NCBI GenBank assembly: GCA_043228905.1
Contig: JBHGNT010000013.1
Span: 5,332,001-5,396,000 of the forward strand
Direction of reading: 5' to 3'
Length of the DNA: 64,000 nucleotides
DNA from: Azolla caroliniana
Taxonomy: Eukaryota > Plantae > Polypodiophyta
Made by a program: the position numbers and the translations under genes. Shown piece after piece: positions 47,110-61,300 of this stretch (positions within the stretch are counted from its first letter, which is position 1; every line of letters starts with the position of its first letter). Below the pieces are notes generated by a model, which worked only from the letters and a program-made list of their open reading frames with translations, searched no databases and had not been told where the DNA came from.

Positions 47110-47432
47110 AGGATCAGACAACATTGGTGTCCGAGTTCCACGAGAGCCCTTGTGCTTGGCATAGAGGAACGAGGCCAACTTTCAAGAAGTTAAAATGAGA
47201 AGTATTGGTGGCTAGGAATGCACAAGGATGTTGCCCATTCTGTGGGAACATGTGAGAGCTACCAAGTGCATTCTGACGTTCGACATAGGGACAAGTTGCA
47301 CCTGACATGTCCACTCACCATGCACTTCAAATAAATGGTACATCTGGTTTTGATGCCAATATGAGTGGGCCAAATGTAGATCTAGTGCTACTTAGAAGGG
47401 CAAGCCTTGGCAAACAAGACAACAACAACAAT
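47110..47432 (+). mobile_element. Gypsy integrase zinc-finger remnant (element C family)
   Basis: Frameshifted EFHES..HRGT..FKKLK..RHRDKLH aligns by eye to element C at about 34920-35230. Confidence 0.65.
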
Positions 47433-47474
47433 GTCATGATGTGGCGGTCCCTTAGGAAGGCCTCATTTTGTGAG

Positions 47475-48093
47475 TAGCAATGGGCTCAGTCCGGTTTCGG
47501 TTCGGTTCAGTTTCTTGGCCTCAAAACCAAGTCAAACCATTTATTCATAATTAAACCAAACCAAACTAATTAAAATTTATGAAGCCATTTAAACCAAACC
47601 GTTTAAAAAATAGGAGAAACCAAACCATTTAAACCAAATCGTTTATGAAAATTTTAGAACCAAACCAAACTAAACATTTTTTATAGATATTGATCATCTT
47701 ACTTATTATAAATTTGTGTGAGAAAATCATCATAAATTTGTTCATCATACTTATCATAAATTTGGTCATCATATTTATAATAAATTTGATCATCATAAAT
47801 CAAAAGGACACTATACATATAATGCATATCAAATTTAATAAGTTAAAACTAGGGTTTTAAAGTAAAAGTTGAAAGTTAGAGCATAGAACGAAAATTTAAG
47901 AGTGTTTTTTAGCTGATAAACCTTTATACCGAACCACATAAACTGAAACTGATAAATTATTAAACCACTAAACCATGAAATTCAAAATTGAACCAAACTA
48001 GAAGCAAACCGAGCAGTAACAGTTGAAACCAAACCAAATTGTTTATTTATCTTCAAACCAATAAACGGTTAGGCGAAACTAGGCCCATTGCTA
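47475..48093. mobile_element. hAT-like MITE (619 bp)
   Basis: TIRs TAGCAATGGGC...GCCCATTGCTA; 8-bp TSD tttgtgag/tttgtgat (7/8 match); internal AAACC repeats; AT-rich. Confidence 0.8.
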
Positions 48094-48146
48094 TTTGTGA
48101 TGACTTTTTAGGGAGGATTCTTTTGCCATTTTTGTTTTGAGAGCTC

Positions 48147-48190
48147 TTCTTCTTCTTCTTCTTCTTCTTCTTCTTCTTCTTCTTCTTCTT
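48147..48190. repeat. (CTT)n microsatellite
   Basis: Directly visible. Confidence 0.95.
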
Positions 48191-48464
48191 TATCTTCATC
48201 ATCATCTTCTTCATCTCCGCTATTCGTGAGTTGTCATCAGTTCGTGTGCCTGTATTGGGTTTCCGTCTTTAGTGTACGAGGGCTCGTTGCTCGGTGTCCG
48301 AATTTAATCTTGTCTTGAAGGGCATTCACTATTTGAGTTTTGTTGAGCTCGTGGCTAGCTAGAAGTTGCCACTTTGAAAACCACCACCCCCCTCCCCTCC
48401 TTCCTAACTTCTTTCTTGTAATCAAACTCTACTTTATAAAGGGCACTCTTACGTTAGAATCATA

Positions 48465-48499
<35 letters not shown>

Positions 48500-49322
48500 T
48501 TCGCCAATCTCATTCATGTTTGAGTGTAAACCTTGTTGTTGTGTGTTTGTGCGTCTTGTGACGAGGGAGCAATCCGGGTCTAAGCGCTTAATAGGCATGC
48601 CAAAGCACCTCTCCTCCTCAAGGCATTTAGACATTTGTGTATGTGTTCACATCCCCCTTCTTGTTGTGCATTTGTGTGTCTTGAGAGGAGGGAGCAATTT
48701 GGGTCCAAGCGTTTAATAGGCATGCCGAATCACCTTTCCTCCTTATAAACGCATTTGGACTCTTTTGTTTGTGTTCATGCCCCCTTCCTTGTGCATTTGG
48801 TTGTCTTGTGTCGAGGGGGCATTTTGGGCATATACCCATGCACCTCTCCCCCTCATAAAGGTGTCTTGGCATTCATATGTGTGTTCTTCCTTTCCTTCTG
48901 TGTTTGCCTTGTGTGACCGATGTTCCTTGTGTACGTGTCCATTCACTTGTGTTGTGATCTCCAAAGCTCGATGAGTCGTGGTCGACAAAAGTCTTTGGTG
49001 TCATGATGACACTCACATGATGTTTCGAAAGGATTTGAACCCACAGCCTTTTTAGACACATGTCAAATCCTTAACCATTGTAAAGATATGTTTATATGTA
49101 TAGTTTTTAGAATATATAATCTAATATCATAAGAATATTCTAGATTACTCTACATTCTAGAATGTCCTAAAATATTCTAGAGTGTTCTATATACTAGAAC
49201 CTTCTAGAATTCTCTATAATATTCTAGGTTACTCTAGATTCTAGAACCTTCTAGAAAACTCTATAGGAACTTATAAATAAGGATCTATTTATCATCCCAA
49301 AAAAAAATTGGTTCAAACTATC

Positions 49323-49327
<5 letters not shown>

Positions 49328-49382
<55 letters not shown>

Positions 49383-49414
49383 TAGATAGGTAGGTAGGTA
49401 GATAGATAGATAGA
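49328..49414. repeat. (GA)n(GATA/GGTA)n microsatellite, possibly the LINE 3' tail
   Basis: Directly visible; lies just downstream of the minus-strand LINE. Confidence 0.9.
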
Positions 49415-51280
49415 TTATATTATCGTCTTCGAAGGTCAAATAGGACCTATGAGACCAAAAATATTACATTTCACGTGATACGTGTGAAGGTGAGTAGCGA
49501 CTCTCGATGTTCAAGAACTTTACCAATGAATGTTGCAATCGAGAGTGCACATTGTGGTTGTGAGAGAAATTCGTGCAAGGATTGGGCTCGATTGAAGAGA
49601 TGTGGAAAGCACGGTCGAATATGATCAAAGGCAGAGCATTGTATCAAAGTTTAATACTCAAACTCTTGAACTTGTTTAGGGCAAAGTGTCCATAGTTGGC
49701 CACTCTCATCACTTGTGCCCCAACGCGTCGTCTCACATCTCAATGCATGCGAGCTAAGTCACATGGAAGCAATGGTTCGAATGGCAGATAACGGGATGGG
49801 CTCTAAGATGTATCGATGTGTGCGGTTTCCCCGTTCTGCAAAGAATATGGTTTTGTAGTTAGGTGCTACATTTGTAGTATAATGTGTGAAGCGTGAGCCA
49901 CCACATTTGTCCCATGTCATGATACATTGGCATTGCAAAAAGGCCTCATATACAGAAGGAATCTAGTGACACATCATGAAGCAAGTGTCTTGCATCCCAT
50001 CTACCAAACCATTTTTCTAAATCTTGCATCCAACTAGAACACAAAATTTTGCTTTTATGCATCTTTTGGATCATTTTGCTTGCTTCCCATGCAATTCTAG
50101 GAAGTCGATGTGAGGGGCTATTTTGAACCTTAAGCATGTATTCAACAACCCTTTCCATGGACTTGACCTCAATGGGAACCAATCCTGTCTCAAGGAGGAG
50201 GGTGTAGGGCGTTTGTTTCTTAACTTGTAGAAACTTTGTAAGAAAATGATTTTGGACATTTTCAAACTCTCCCCATGTAGATTTAGGGATGCTACCGCCC
50301 CATACTTCCACCCCATAGAGAAAAACCAGGGTCACCAAGTGTCAAAAAGATATTTCTTGAGGACCCAACACTTAATATCTCCAAGATTGCATGTGTTCTC
50401 AAATGAATAATATGCTCGCTTAGCCACCTCTAAGAGGCGCGTAGCACATTCATTCCATTTATGATTTGATGGAACTTCAAGGCCAAGATATTTGAAGCTT
50501 TCCACACATTCAAGTGGCTCATTGTTGTACATAATGCATGGTTTATATCTTTTTTGACTCTTCACAAGCATAATCTTTGTTTTAGAGCTATTGACACTTA
50601 ATCTAGTATGCATGCAAATTTTTTCCAATGCCTTCATAAGCTTTTGTGCACTCCACATATAACAAAAGCATAATCACGACATTCCCAATGGCAACTTCTT
50701 CAACACATTCTTCCTTTACAAACTTGGTAATCATTTCTTCTAATTCATCAATGCATATACCAAATAATGTTGGTGAGAGTGGGCATCCTTGCTTAACACC
50801 AATAGTGCTATTGAAAAAATCTGAAAGTCTATCTCTCATACGCACACAACATATAACCTTCTCATATATTCGGGAAATTGCAAGCATATATTCACTTGGC
50901 ACCTCAAGTTGTTCCATCTGCCTCCAAAGATGCTCACGAGGTACCATATCAAAAGATTTCTTGAAGTCTACAAAGCAACAATATAAACCGTTACCTCTAA
51001 GCCGACTTTCCTCCATTAATACTTGAAGAGTGACAAGATGATCAATGGTGTCATGGTGTTTTCGAAAACCAGCTTGTCCATAATCTCTCTTACCATTTTT
51101 TTCTGCCCATACACTTATCTTTGATTCCATCATACATCCAAATAGTTTTGCCATTAATGACCCACCCATGATGGGTCGATAGTTGTTTACATTATTTACA
51201 TCTTCGCCTTTATGTAAAGGTTTGATCCAATTTGTAGTCCAATCATATGGCATACCATGTTGCAATGCATCATTAAACAT
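49415..51280 (-). mobile_element. 5'-truncated non-LTR retrotransposon (LINE, RTE/RTEX-like) reverse transcriptase
   Basis: NYRPI, QAGFR, FVDFKKSFD, GVKQGCPLSPTLF and FKYLG motifs; frameshifts; the YADD region is damaged. Confidence 0.85.
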
Positions 51281-51484
51281 ATCACATATCCATATATGTG
51301 CTCACAGAGAGAGAGAGAGAAAGAAAGAAACAGAGATATAAACAAAGAGAGATATAGTGTTAAGATAGAGAGACTGTCAACACAAAGAGAGCAAGAGTTG
51401 AAAGGAAAGTATTGTATTGCACTATAAGATAGCTTACAAAGAGTAGGCAATAGGTTTCAACTCCATAACCCAAAGATTGATTGG

Positions 51485-52213
51485 ATGAAAAGAACAATTG
51501 AGGAGACCCAACAATCTTCGACATTAGATACTGGATCCCATAAGTTATTGACCATATCTCTGTGTCGGTTACGTGAGAAAGGGGGGAACGAGGACATGTT
51601 CGTATTCTCAATAGCAGCAACTCCATCATCCACCTTACATGAAGCAGACATTAAACTACCAGAGAAATACAAAGAGTTCTCAGACGTCTTTGATAAGGTG
51701 AAGGCCAATACATTGTCGGAGCATTGGACATACGACTGCCTTGTTGACTTACAACCAGGGAAAGAACCTCCATGGGGGGCGATTTATATCCCTCACCTAT
51801 AGAGCTAGAGACTTTGCAGGAATATACTCAGGAGAATCTGGCAAACTGATTCATTCGGCATTCTAGATCCCCTCTTGGTGCACCTATCTTCTTCGTTAAG
51901 AAAATGAGTGGGTCTCTTCGGTTGGTCATGGATTATTGACGGTTAAAAAAAGTGAGTATTAGAAATAGATATGCTCTACCATTAATCCCGAATTTTTCGG
52001 AACGTCTCAATTGAGCAAAATATTTCACGAAGTTGGACCTTCGTGGTCAATATAATCTAGTTCGGATTCTTCCATGGGATGAATGGAAACTACTTTTTGC
52101 GTTCGCTATGGACATTTCGAGTATACTATGATGCCATTCGGTCTCACGAATGCACCTGCAGTTTTCCAACATACGATGAATCCTATTTTTCGAGATTTTC
52201 TCGATATCTTCAC
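51485..52213 (+). mobile_element. Decayed Tcn1-like gypsy RT fragment
   Basis: LPEKYKEFSDVF..DLQPGKEPPWG and [22 protein letters not shown]; cut by the copia D LTR. Confidence 0.85.
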
Positions 52214-55200
52214 TATTGAGATACAAGCTCAACATTGGTCGGATCGGTTTCGACTGATCGGTTAGGCCGGATCGGTGCGGAAACCTGGAGGCCATTGAAC
52301 AGATATTCTGCGATGGAATATATTTGGGAGTTAGTGTAGGAGCTCAGTTATGAGCATTGAAGTGCGTGTAAGTACTTCAGTCAGTCCGTATGGACTTGTA
52401 TAAAAGTGCTCTCTGAGCACATGCTATGTACAAAGTTTACACATTATTTGAATTTAGTTTTTCTGTGTGTTAATTCCCTCTGTCTCTCCCACATACATCG
52501 TGTCTTAAGCTCTCCATTAAACCTGTTTTTCCCTATTGGTGTTCTGTGTTTCATATAGCTTCCACACATAACATTTCACATGGTATCAGAGCGTGAGGGT
52601 TGAGAACCTCTATAGCCGACTTTAGCTCGAAACAAAAAAACCTAATCTCGGTGAAGAAGAGAAAGGAAAAAATGGATAGAGGTATGGCTAGTTCGCTTCC
52701 AACTAAGAAGCTCAACAGAAGTAAATACGCATCTTGGTCGTACAAGACGCACGAGTACCTACTCGGACATGGATACTGGAGCTATGTCGATGGAGCGAAT
52801 GAAGCAGCACCCGAATCGACACACAAAGACTTCCCGGCCTAGGAACAGTTGGTGAGCAGAGTTCTCTACTACTTCGCTTCCTGTGTGAGCGAACAACTCT
52901 TGAGCTACATTCGGGATGCAAGAACATTGAAGAATGCTTGGGGAAATTTGAAAAAGATTTTCGCCGCAAACACCACAGCCACGAAGCTCCAATTCCGACA
53001 GGAGTTGAACAATGTGAGTCAACGCGACATGATAGTGGCTGACTACACCTCCAAGATAAAGGATATCTACGACTCCCTCGCCTCCATCGATGTGAACGTT
53101 AAGGAGGGTGAAATGGTGCAGATCTACCCGGAGGATTGGCGTCGAAGTTTAGAGCATTCCGAATTGTTGTTTGTACAAGGGAGAATACGTCATCGTTTTT
53201 CGACTTGCAGTTAATGCTCCTTGTAGAGGAGAATCAGGCAGGTGCGTCGATGAGTACACACGCCGACAACAAAATGTTGTACACGGAGGGAGATAGGCCC
53301 CATGGTCGTGCTGGACGAGGCGAATCGGCGTGCAATGGAGGCAGCCGATGGGAGCAAGGGAGAAGGCATCGTGGTGATGCTGACAGCAATTCCGAACCCT
53401 TCGGAAGCAGAGGGAGTCGAGGAGGTGACGTGAGCCAACAAGGGAAACACGTCGCGGAATGCTGGTATTGTGGCAAGAAAGGTCAAAAGGAGAGCGAGTG
53501 TTGGAAGAAGCACGTCGATTTGGAGAAAACCGGGTCCGGATCTGCACAGACTGAACAAGGTAATCGACAGCGGTCGCACTACGTTGAAGGATCCGAAAAA
53601 GTCGGAAAGGGGGCAACCTTCGTGACAAGACACGAAGCAAACTCGATGAAGAAGACCACCCCGAAATCAGACAAAGTGCGGTACGTTAACTCCAGAGCAT
53701 CAAACCATATGATGAGCCATAAAGAGTGGTTCTCATATTTGGAAAAACCAGAACAACCGAGAGTAGTCGCAATAGGAGACGACACTCCGCATCTGATTGT
53801 ACATGTCGGTGAAGTTCCCCTCAGCCACGTCAGGCAAAAAGGGAAGCTAATGAATGTGTTACACGTCCCGACAATTACGAAGAATCTAGTGTCGGTCAGA
53901 CTGATCGTTGACGAGGGGATGCAAGTCTGGTTCACGCATCTCGGGTGCTTCATGGAGGAAAAAGGCCAAGTTATTGCGCAAGGGCGCAGAGATGGGAAGA
54001 TGTTCATCCTCAACACCAATGACGTAGGCACCGCCATGTTCGCAAAAGGTCAAAAAGTCAGGTCGGATATCGACTTATTGCATAAGCGGATAGGCCATGT
54101 CAACTACCAAAGGCTTCAGGACCTACAATCGAAACAAGTTGTGTTCAAACTACTGAAATTCAGTGGTCGAAAGGCCCAAATTTGTGAAGCGTGCCAGCTA
54201 GGGAAGCAACACCGACTTCCTTTCCCAAACAAGCATAATCGGAGTTGAAATAAGCTCGACCTGATACATTCAGATGTATGGGGACCGGCATAGAATGTGT
54301 GTCTTGGTGGGAGTCGATATTTTGTCTCCTTCATCGACGACTACACCCGGCACACATGGATATACCTCATCGAAAAGAAGAGTGAATTCTTCGACTTTTT
54401 CTGGAACCTCAAAAATCTTGTCAAAAGGGAAACAGGGAGGAAGATCAAGTGCTTGCGGTCGGATGGCAGAAATGAGTACTTTTCCGGGCAATTCAACAGT
54501 TATCTGCAACAAATGGGAATTCAATGCGAATTCAGCTACAGGTATACACCAGAGCAAAATGGCGTAGCCGAAAGGAAGAATCGGGCGGTTTTGGAAGAGG
54601 CGTGGGCAATGCTGGAAGAAAACAGCATGCCCAAGTTCTATTGGGCCGAAGTGGTCCGAACCGCGGTCTACATCCAGAATCGGATCGGAGAAAAAGTGTT
54701 GGCACATGAGCCGTATTTCGGAAGGAAGCCGAATCTACGCCACTTCAGGGTTTTCGGTAGCATCGCGTGACGGGAACTCCACGCTCCTTATACACAACGC
54801 TCGGCCACAACCGAGCTTCTTTTCATACACAGGAAACAGGAAACGAAAACACGCGACACAAAGGAGAGAAAAAGAGTACACAGAATGTTTACGTGAGGGA
54901 AAAACCACGGCAGCCCACAGGCTGCAAACTATCACTAAGTTGGAATGTACAAAATAGTGAGTTCACAAAGGCAACGACCTCGTGCTCACGATCTTCGCCA
55001 CAGGCGGCGGTTAGAACAGAGGTAGCGACCTCTTTCTCTCTCTCTCTCTCTGTACACTGTTACGTGCTCTCTCTTCTTCTTGCACCAACAAGAAAATGAC
55101 AACAACTTGATATTAGTTTGCCCTAAGTCATATTTATACTAATATGACTTTTCGGCTATTTACAAATATAGCCACGATGGGCTCTCAGAAACATATTTAC

Positions 55201-58200
55201 GAATATGTCTCTTCCTCCGGTTCATACCGGGTCTGCACCATCCGGCTCTCCGTAGCCGGGTACTCCTCATCCGGTTCGTATCGGGCCTGCACCATCCGGC
55301 TCTCCGTAGTCGGGTACTCCTCATCCCATTCATACCGGGCCTGCATCATCCGGCTCTCCGTAGCCGGGTACTCCTCATCCGGTTCATACCGGGTCTGCAT
55401 CATCTGGCTCTCCGTAGTCGGGTACTCCTCATCCAATTCATACCGGGCCTGCATCATCCGGCTCTCCGTAGCCGAGTACTCCTCATCCGGTTCATACCGG
55501 GTCTGCATCATCCGGCTTTCCGTAGCCGAGTCCTCCTCATACGGTTTCGGCCTCGGCCGAGTTTGTTCATCGGCATTGTTCTTCTTCCTTCCCATCCGGA
55601 GGGACCTGTTTCCCAACATCGCGTATGTGCATGTCCGAAGGAACAACGGAGGAAGCTGGACGCGAAAGCCGAGAAGGGTATCTTGGTCGGCTACTCTCAC
55701 AAACAGAAGGGTTATAAGAGTTACAACCCCCAAACCAAACAAGCTCGCGTAAGTCGCGATGTCATGTTCGATGAGTCTGTGTCTTGGTATTTGCCTCCGA
55801 CTCTGGACCTCAACTTCAATCCGAGTTCTGAAGATGAGGTCAGTGAGGCTGAGATGCCTCCTGATGAACGCAAAGTCAAAACTCTTGAAGAGAGTCCGAT
55901 CTCCTTTCGACTAAGTGGACTGAATGAGCAACTGAGTCGGTTTGACCAGTTAGATGAAGAGCCGGCGAGTAGTGGAGACTCGATCGTGCATTCCCCGCAC
56001 AGGAAGCCGAAGAGATGGCATACGCGCAAAGAAAAGGGAAAGAAGAAGATGCCGGAGTACGGCGTGGATAGGGACAAGTCGGATCGATGCAAATTCGACT
56101 CCGAGAAGAGCGATGACGGGCCTTCATGAGTGAAGCCTGCGTGGGCCAGAACGGCCTCAACATCGGCTAATGAGCATTTACGCCAATCTACCTACCAGAA
56201 GAACCCTGTTGTGCAATTCGGATACAACGAGTACATGACACGTGTCACAGAAGTGCGTGAGGCGGAGAGCTACGCAGAAGCGGCAAAGGATGCAAATTGG
56301 CGTGCCCCCATGGAGGAATAGATGAACGCACTTGTGGAGATACAAGGCCCAGCTAGTAGCAAAAGGCTATGCGCAGCAACACGACATCGATTATGATAAG
56401 ACATTTGCGCCGGTCGCGAAGATGATGATCATCCGTGTTTTGCTTGCGGTAGCTGTGGCGAAGGGGTGCCACTTATATCAAATGGATTTAAAGAATGCGT
56501 TCCTACAAGGCGAGCTTGAGGAACAAGTGTACATGGTACAACCCCCCGGATTTCACTCCGGAATGAACACTTCGGCAGTATGCCGGTTGAAGAAGTCCCT
56601 TTACAGACTAAAGCAAGCCCCGCGTGCCTGGAACGTGAAGATCACACAACGATTGTGTCGGATGGGATTTGCAACTTCCAAATCAGACTCTTCATTGTTT
56701 GTCCAGCAAGGTTGACTTGGACCGGTTAGTATTTTACTTTATGTTGATGAGTTGGTCCTCGTCGGCGTCAACCTAGGTGAAATTGACTGCATAAAGCTCC
56801 AGCTTGTGGCATCATTTGATATGAAGGACCTGGGGGACCTTCATTACTTTCTCGTGATTGAAGTGATCCGAACCCCCGAAGGCATACTGATGAGCCAATG
56901 GCATTACGTGCTAAGTATGCTCTTCAAGTTCGGGATGGCAGACTATAAGTCCGTCCCAACTCCTCTAGACAGAACCGTGAGGCTTCGCCCCATCTCCGGA
57001 TAGGTCTGTGATCCGAAAAGGTTCAGACTGATTGTTGGAAGCCTCATATACTTGATTATCACCCGACTGGACCTTAGTTACCCGGTGGCTTGATTAGTCA
57101 ATTCATGGCGCGACCAACTGAGGAGCACCTTCAGTGCTCGCAACACGTATTCAGGTACGTCAGAGGCACTAAGGACTGGGGGCTACTATATCGGATTGGC
57201 ACTTCTGCACAACTAGTCGGTTATACAGATGCCGACGGGGCCGGAAACGCCGGTGACCTCTGATCCACATCCGGATTCTTGTTTTGTCTTGGGAGCGCCA
57301 CGATCACGTGGAGTAGCAAGAAGCAGCCGATAGTTGCACTGTTGAGCATAGAGGCCGAGTATCGAGGAGCAGTTGTCGCAACATGCGAAGGCATATGGCT
57401 AAAGCGGCTACTTAAGGATCTGTAGGTGGAGGTGTCCGGTCCGACGACATTCTACTGCGACAACCTCAACAAACATCCAACTAGCAAAGAACCCCATCTT
57501 CCACGCCCAGACTAACCACATTGAGGTGGACTACCACTTTGTCCACGAGCATGTCCGCTCTGGTGAAGTCGAACGTCAGTATTTTTCGATCGATCGCCGA
57601 CATCTTCACCAAGCCCCTTGGTCTAGAGAAGTTGCGGCAATTCTCGGGTGCGTTTGGGTTGCGGCACTTCGACGTGCCAAAGATGAGGGGGAGAAAATTC
57701 CCGCAAGACCATGGAAAGGAGCAAGAAAGGAGCGGAAGTGACCGCGACACCAAATCGGATGACGAATTTGATTTACTGTCTGCTGAAGAAGCCGAAGGCG
57801 AATCCGTGGAAGAGTCCAGAAGTGAATGAGAGGGCAGCAACCGAAAGAAAGAGCCAGACCCTGCCAAGCATGGGGGAGATGAAGCCAACAAGGGCAAGAA
57901 GGCCAAGATTGAGGACGAATTGGAGGCAGCCGATTCGGCTTGGATGTTTGATTCGGAGACACCGAATCAACTGAAGGCCAAGCAAAAGAAAGAGCAACAA
58001 AAGAGGCTCCAACACCGTGACAACAAGGGAGCTGGAAAAGGTCGCACGAGCAGACAAGACGATCGTAAGGGTCGAGGTGCGTAGCATCGAACAAGTCGAG
58101 GAGCGCGAGCGAGGCGTGAAGTCAAGAGAAACCGGAGCGAATGAACGGAAGAGCCTCAAGTTGAGCTTGAGGGGGAGTGTTCAGATACAATCGCAACATT

Positions 58201-58320
58201 GGTCGGATCGGTTGTGCAAGCCGAGAACCGGATCGGTTTGGACTGATCGGTTAGGCCGGATTGGTGTGGAAACCGGGAGGCTGTTGGACAAATATTCCGC
58301 GATGGAATATATTTGGGAGT
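52214..58320 (+). mobile_element. Ty1/copia element D (5' LTR 52214-52580, PBS 52581, decayed gag-pol, PPT, truncated 3' LTR from 58178)
   Basis: PBS TGGTATCAGAGC; gag, CWYCGK, integrase, RT (YKAQLVAKG, LKQAPRAW) and RNaseH remnants; GAGGGGGAG then TGTTCAGATAC, matching the 5' LTR start. Confidence 0.9.
54768..55618 (-). mobile_element. Solo LTR of the element-B (Tork-like) family with about six 54-bp internal repeats
   Basis: TGAC...AACA, perfect 5-bp TSD TCGCG (54763-54767 / 55619-55623), homologous to 26435-27145. Confidence 0.93.
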
Positions 58321-61300
58321 GTCTGGTAATGTGGGGGACCCCGCTTGTCGTTCCACGCTGTTCACCGTAATTGTAATTTCTGGTGACCTGGTCTGAGGTT
58401 CCTCTTCTTCGGCAGTGTCCAGAATTGGTGTCGCAATGGCTTCCTTATTTGCTCGCGTGCTGCCGGCTTGTGTGATCTGGTGAAACAGCTCCTCCTAGCA
58501 TTCACCAAAATCATCTAATAGCTGCGCGAGTTCTTCGAAATGTTGATCTGCTAGCGCGCGATACTCCTGCGCTAGGTCCTCGCATACTGCCGCAATGCTC
58601 TCCTCATTGAGTTTATAGAAACCTCGGCCGTCTTTTCGCCGGTTCCCCCAGTCCGCACGATACACGTGCAATTCCGCCGCTTGGGCTGCCCATGCCATCC
58701 ATCCTTTGTCTAGTGCCATTTTCAATTGCGTTGTGAACCTCTCCCGATTTGTTTGTAGAAGGATACGCACGTTGTCTGTGATGGCCTGGCAACGATTGCG
58801 TGCTTCTTCCACCGACTTCTTGAGGTTTGCAATTTCTTGCTGACTAACTGTCACCACTTCTTCGTACGTGCTCTTCAGGCCCGCCCACAGCTGGGATTCC
58901 TTTGCATGGAGTTCTTCTAATTTCCCTATTTCATTTTTTAGGCGGATTTCGAGCTGATGCCTTCTTTCCTGTTTGCCCACCAGCTGCTCGTCGAACCATA
59001 CCTTCTTTTTCTCTAATAAGGTCTGGAGTCCCGCGATTGCCGCCTCTGATTTCTTCGCTTCTTCCCGTAATTGGGCGTTTTCTTCTTTTGTCTGGGTGTG
59101 TTGTGCTGCCTCCGTAGTGAGTTTCTCTTCAAGGGTTTTTACTACCTCCGTAGCGAGTTTCTCTTCTTCCCTGTCTGAGAATTGGCGAACTTCAGCGCGA
59201 AGGCGGTCAATTTCTGATTCTGCTAGTTGTACGACCCTTTTTGCTTTTGAGGCAATGGCGGTCTGAGCTTCAATCTCTTCCTTCAAGGCTTCGATGGCGT
59301 GGTTAGGTGGTGGAGTTGCCTGTTGCGCCATAGTCGCGTTAGTTTCCAATTCCGCGATGCGTTCGTTGGCTTTTTGCAGCTCGGCTTGGGTCAATTTCAC
59401 CTTCTTCCAGACATTCTTATTTTTAATGGCCATCTCCTTGGCACCCGTGCTAACCTTTGCCAGTTCCCTATGGACTTCGACTAGGGCCGTGTTTAATGGG
59501 GGTAGCTCCATCCCTACTCGGCGTACACCGGCATTCCTCTGTCTGCCGGCTTTGGCTAACCAGTCCTCATCGTCGATCTCCGTCGTTTGTATTAAGGCAT
59601 GCTCAATTATCTGGCGCTCTGCGTGCTCCTCCACCATTCATTGTGAGGCCTTTATCTGTTGCGTTGCCAAGAATTCCATGAGCTCAAAAGAGGTTCCGAA
59701 CTGCAAGAGGGCGCTGAACTCATGGGCTGTGTCCGGGATATCTGGATATGCCAAAACCTCTCTTTCCGCCGTCAATACGGCTTTCCCTCGTTGTGACTGG
59801 GTCGTAATGATTGGTCGTGGATCCTGGATGATTTCAAAGGTGGTGTTGGGCTCCGTAGCTCTGGAGCCATCACCTTCGGTCGTTGTCTCTACTGCCGTGG
59901 GTATGTCTTTAACTAATCCCCGCCCATCTTTCCTGTCCAACCTTCGTTGTTTCGGTTTGGGGCTATCCTACCGTGGTTCGGTGTCTGGTTCTGGTTCTGG
60001 TGAATACTCTTCCGGCATTGTCCGTGTATCCGGCTGGGCGGGTTGGGGTTCATCCTCCCACTCTGTGGCAGCTAACTCCACTAACCTGCTCTTCGCGGAT
60101 CGGGGCGGAGGCGTGGGTCTGCTGGGCTGCGGTGTCGGTAGGCCTTGAGGTGGGAAGAGCACCGTCAAGTACTGTTGTATGATCGGCCTGAGCTTCTTGC
60201 CTCCTTGATACGCATGCAGGCCTTCCCTTAACGCCGACCCCGTGATGACTCCCCAATCGACCGCACGCCCTTCAAAGGTATCAATAATGATACCTGCCTT
60301 CTTCTTGGGCATCCCATATGTGTTTACGTGTACGCATCCAACCTCTAATAGGAATTTGGCGACTTCATAGAAAAAGGGATCCGGGATCTGCTTCGTTCTA
60401 TAGGCCTTGGCGGAGGAGGAATATGGACCGAAATATCTCTGCAGCGACTTTGCGGGAGGGATTTCAAAATGCCTCTCACCTAGTGATGACAGGTCCAACT
60501 TTTTCTGGATGGAAGAGTTGGTGACCGTGTCGATATTGAGCTTTCTGGCAATGTCCAACGCATCCAAGTGTGGAGGTGCCTCTGCGACCCTGATGTACCC
60601 ATCCAGGTGTTTCTCCACGAGCCATCGACGTAAGGCGGTAGAGATAAAGATCGGCATAACCAGAGTAGGCTCGTGGGGAGGAGATTGGTGGTTGCGGTGG
60701 GCTTGAGCTCTATCATAGGATGGAGGAGAAGGTGAGGGAGGGGAGTGATGAGAGTGCTGAGAGTTAGGAGGTGGGTTTCTATTTTGTGCAGAAGATCCTC
60801 TATTTCCTTCTTTTTGTGGCCTAGGGTTCATTGGACGGTGAGCCATCGTGGTGCCGCGTGTTCTTGATCTAGAAGTCTGTGCATGTATTCAGTCCTTTTT
60901 TAATAGTGTCGCTATCTTCTCTTTTTCTTTCTTTCTTCGTAACGGTTACATACAGCCTATTTTTACATTATGATACAAGTGGGGCCATCCACTTACGCCA
61001 CGGGTTCTCCGGCTTTGTCCTGTCTGACGGTGAATGGGTTAGGTGGCGTAGGGCCTAGGTAAGGTTTAAGGCAGAACCCATTCACCTTTTGTCGTAAGAC
61101 TTCCCCGGCCAGCGTGCCTAGTTGGAACGTGCCTTGTTCCGCTCCTATTATCCAGTACAGGCCTGTCCAACAGAATTGTAACTTCCCTCACATATGGCCC
61201 ATGCACATTTGGAAAACCAGTACCGCTCGACCGATTGCGAAATCCTTTTCCCATGCATTCCAATGTCAATCCACAAACGCTTTACGCCGCAGTTTTTCTT

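Noticed and set aside
55144-55752. Repetitive ORFs here and at 62034-62695, 26876-27136 and 20573-21350
   Set aside because: They are open only because of tandem repeats in LTRs or non-coding arrays.
59294-60148. 284-aa plus-strand ORF
   Set aside because: It is the antisense shadow of the gypsy extra ORF.
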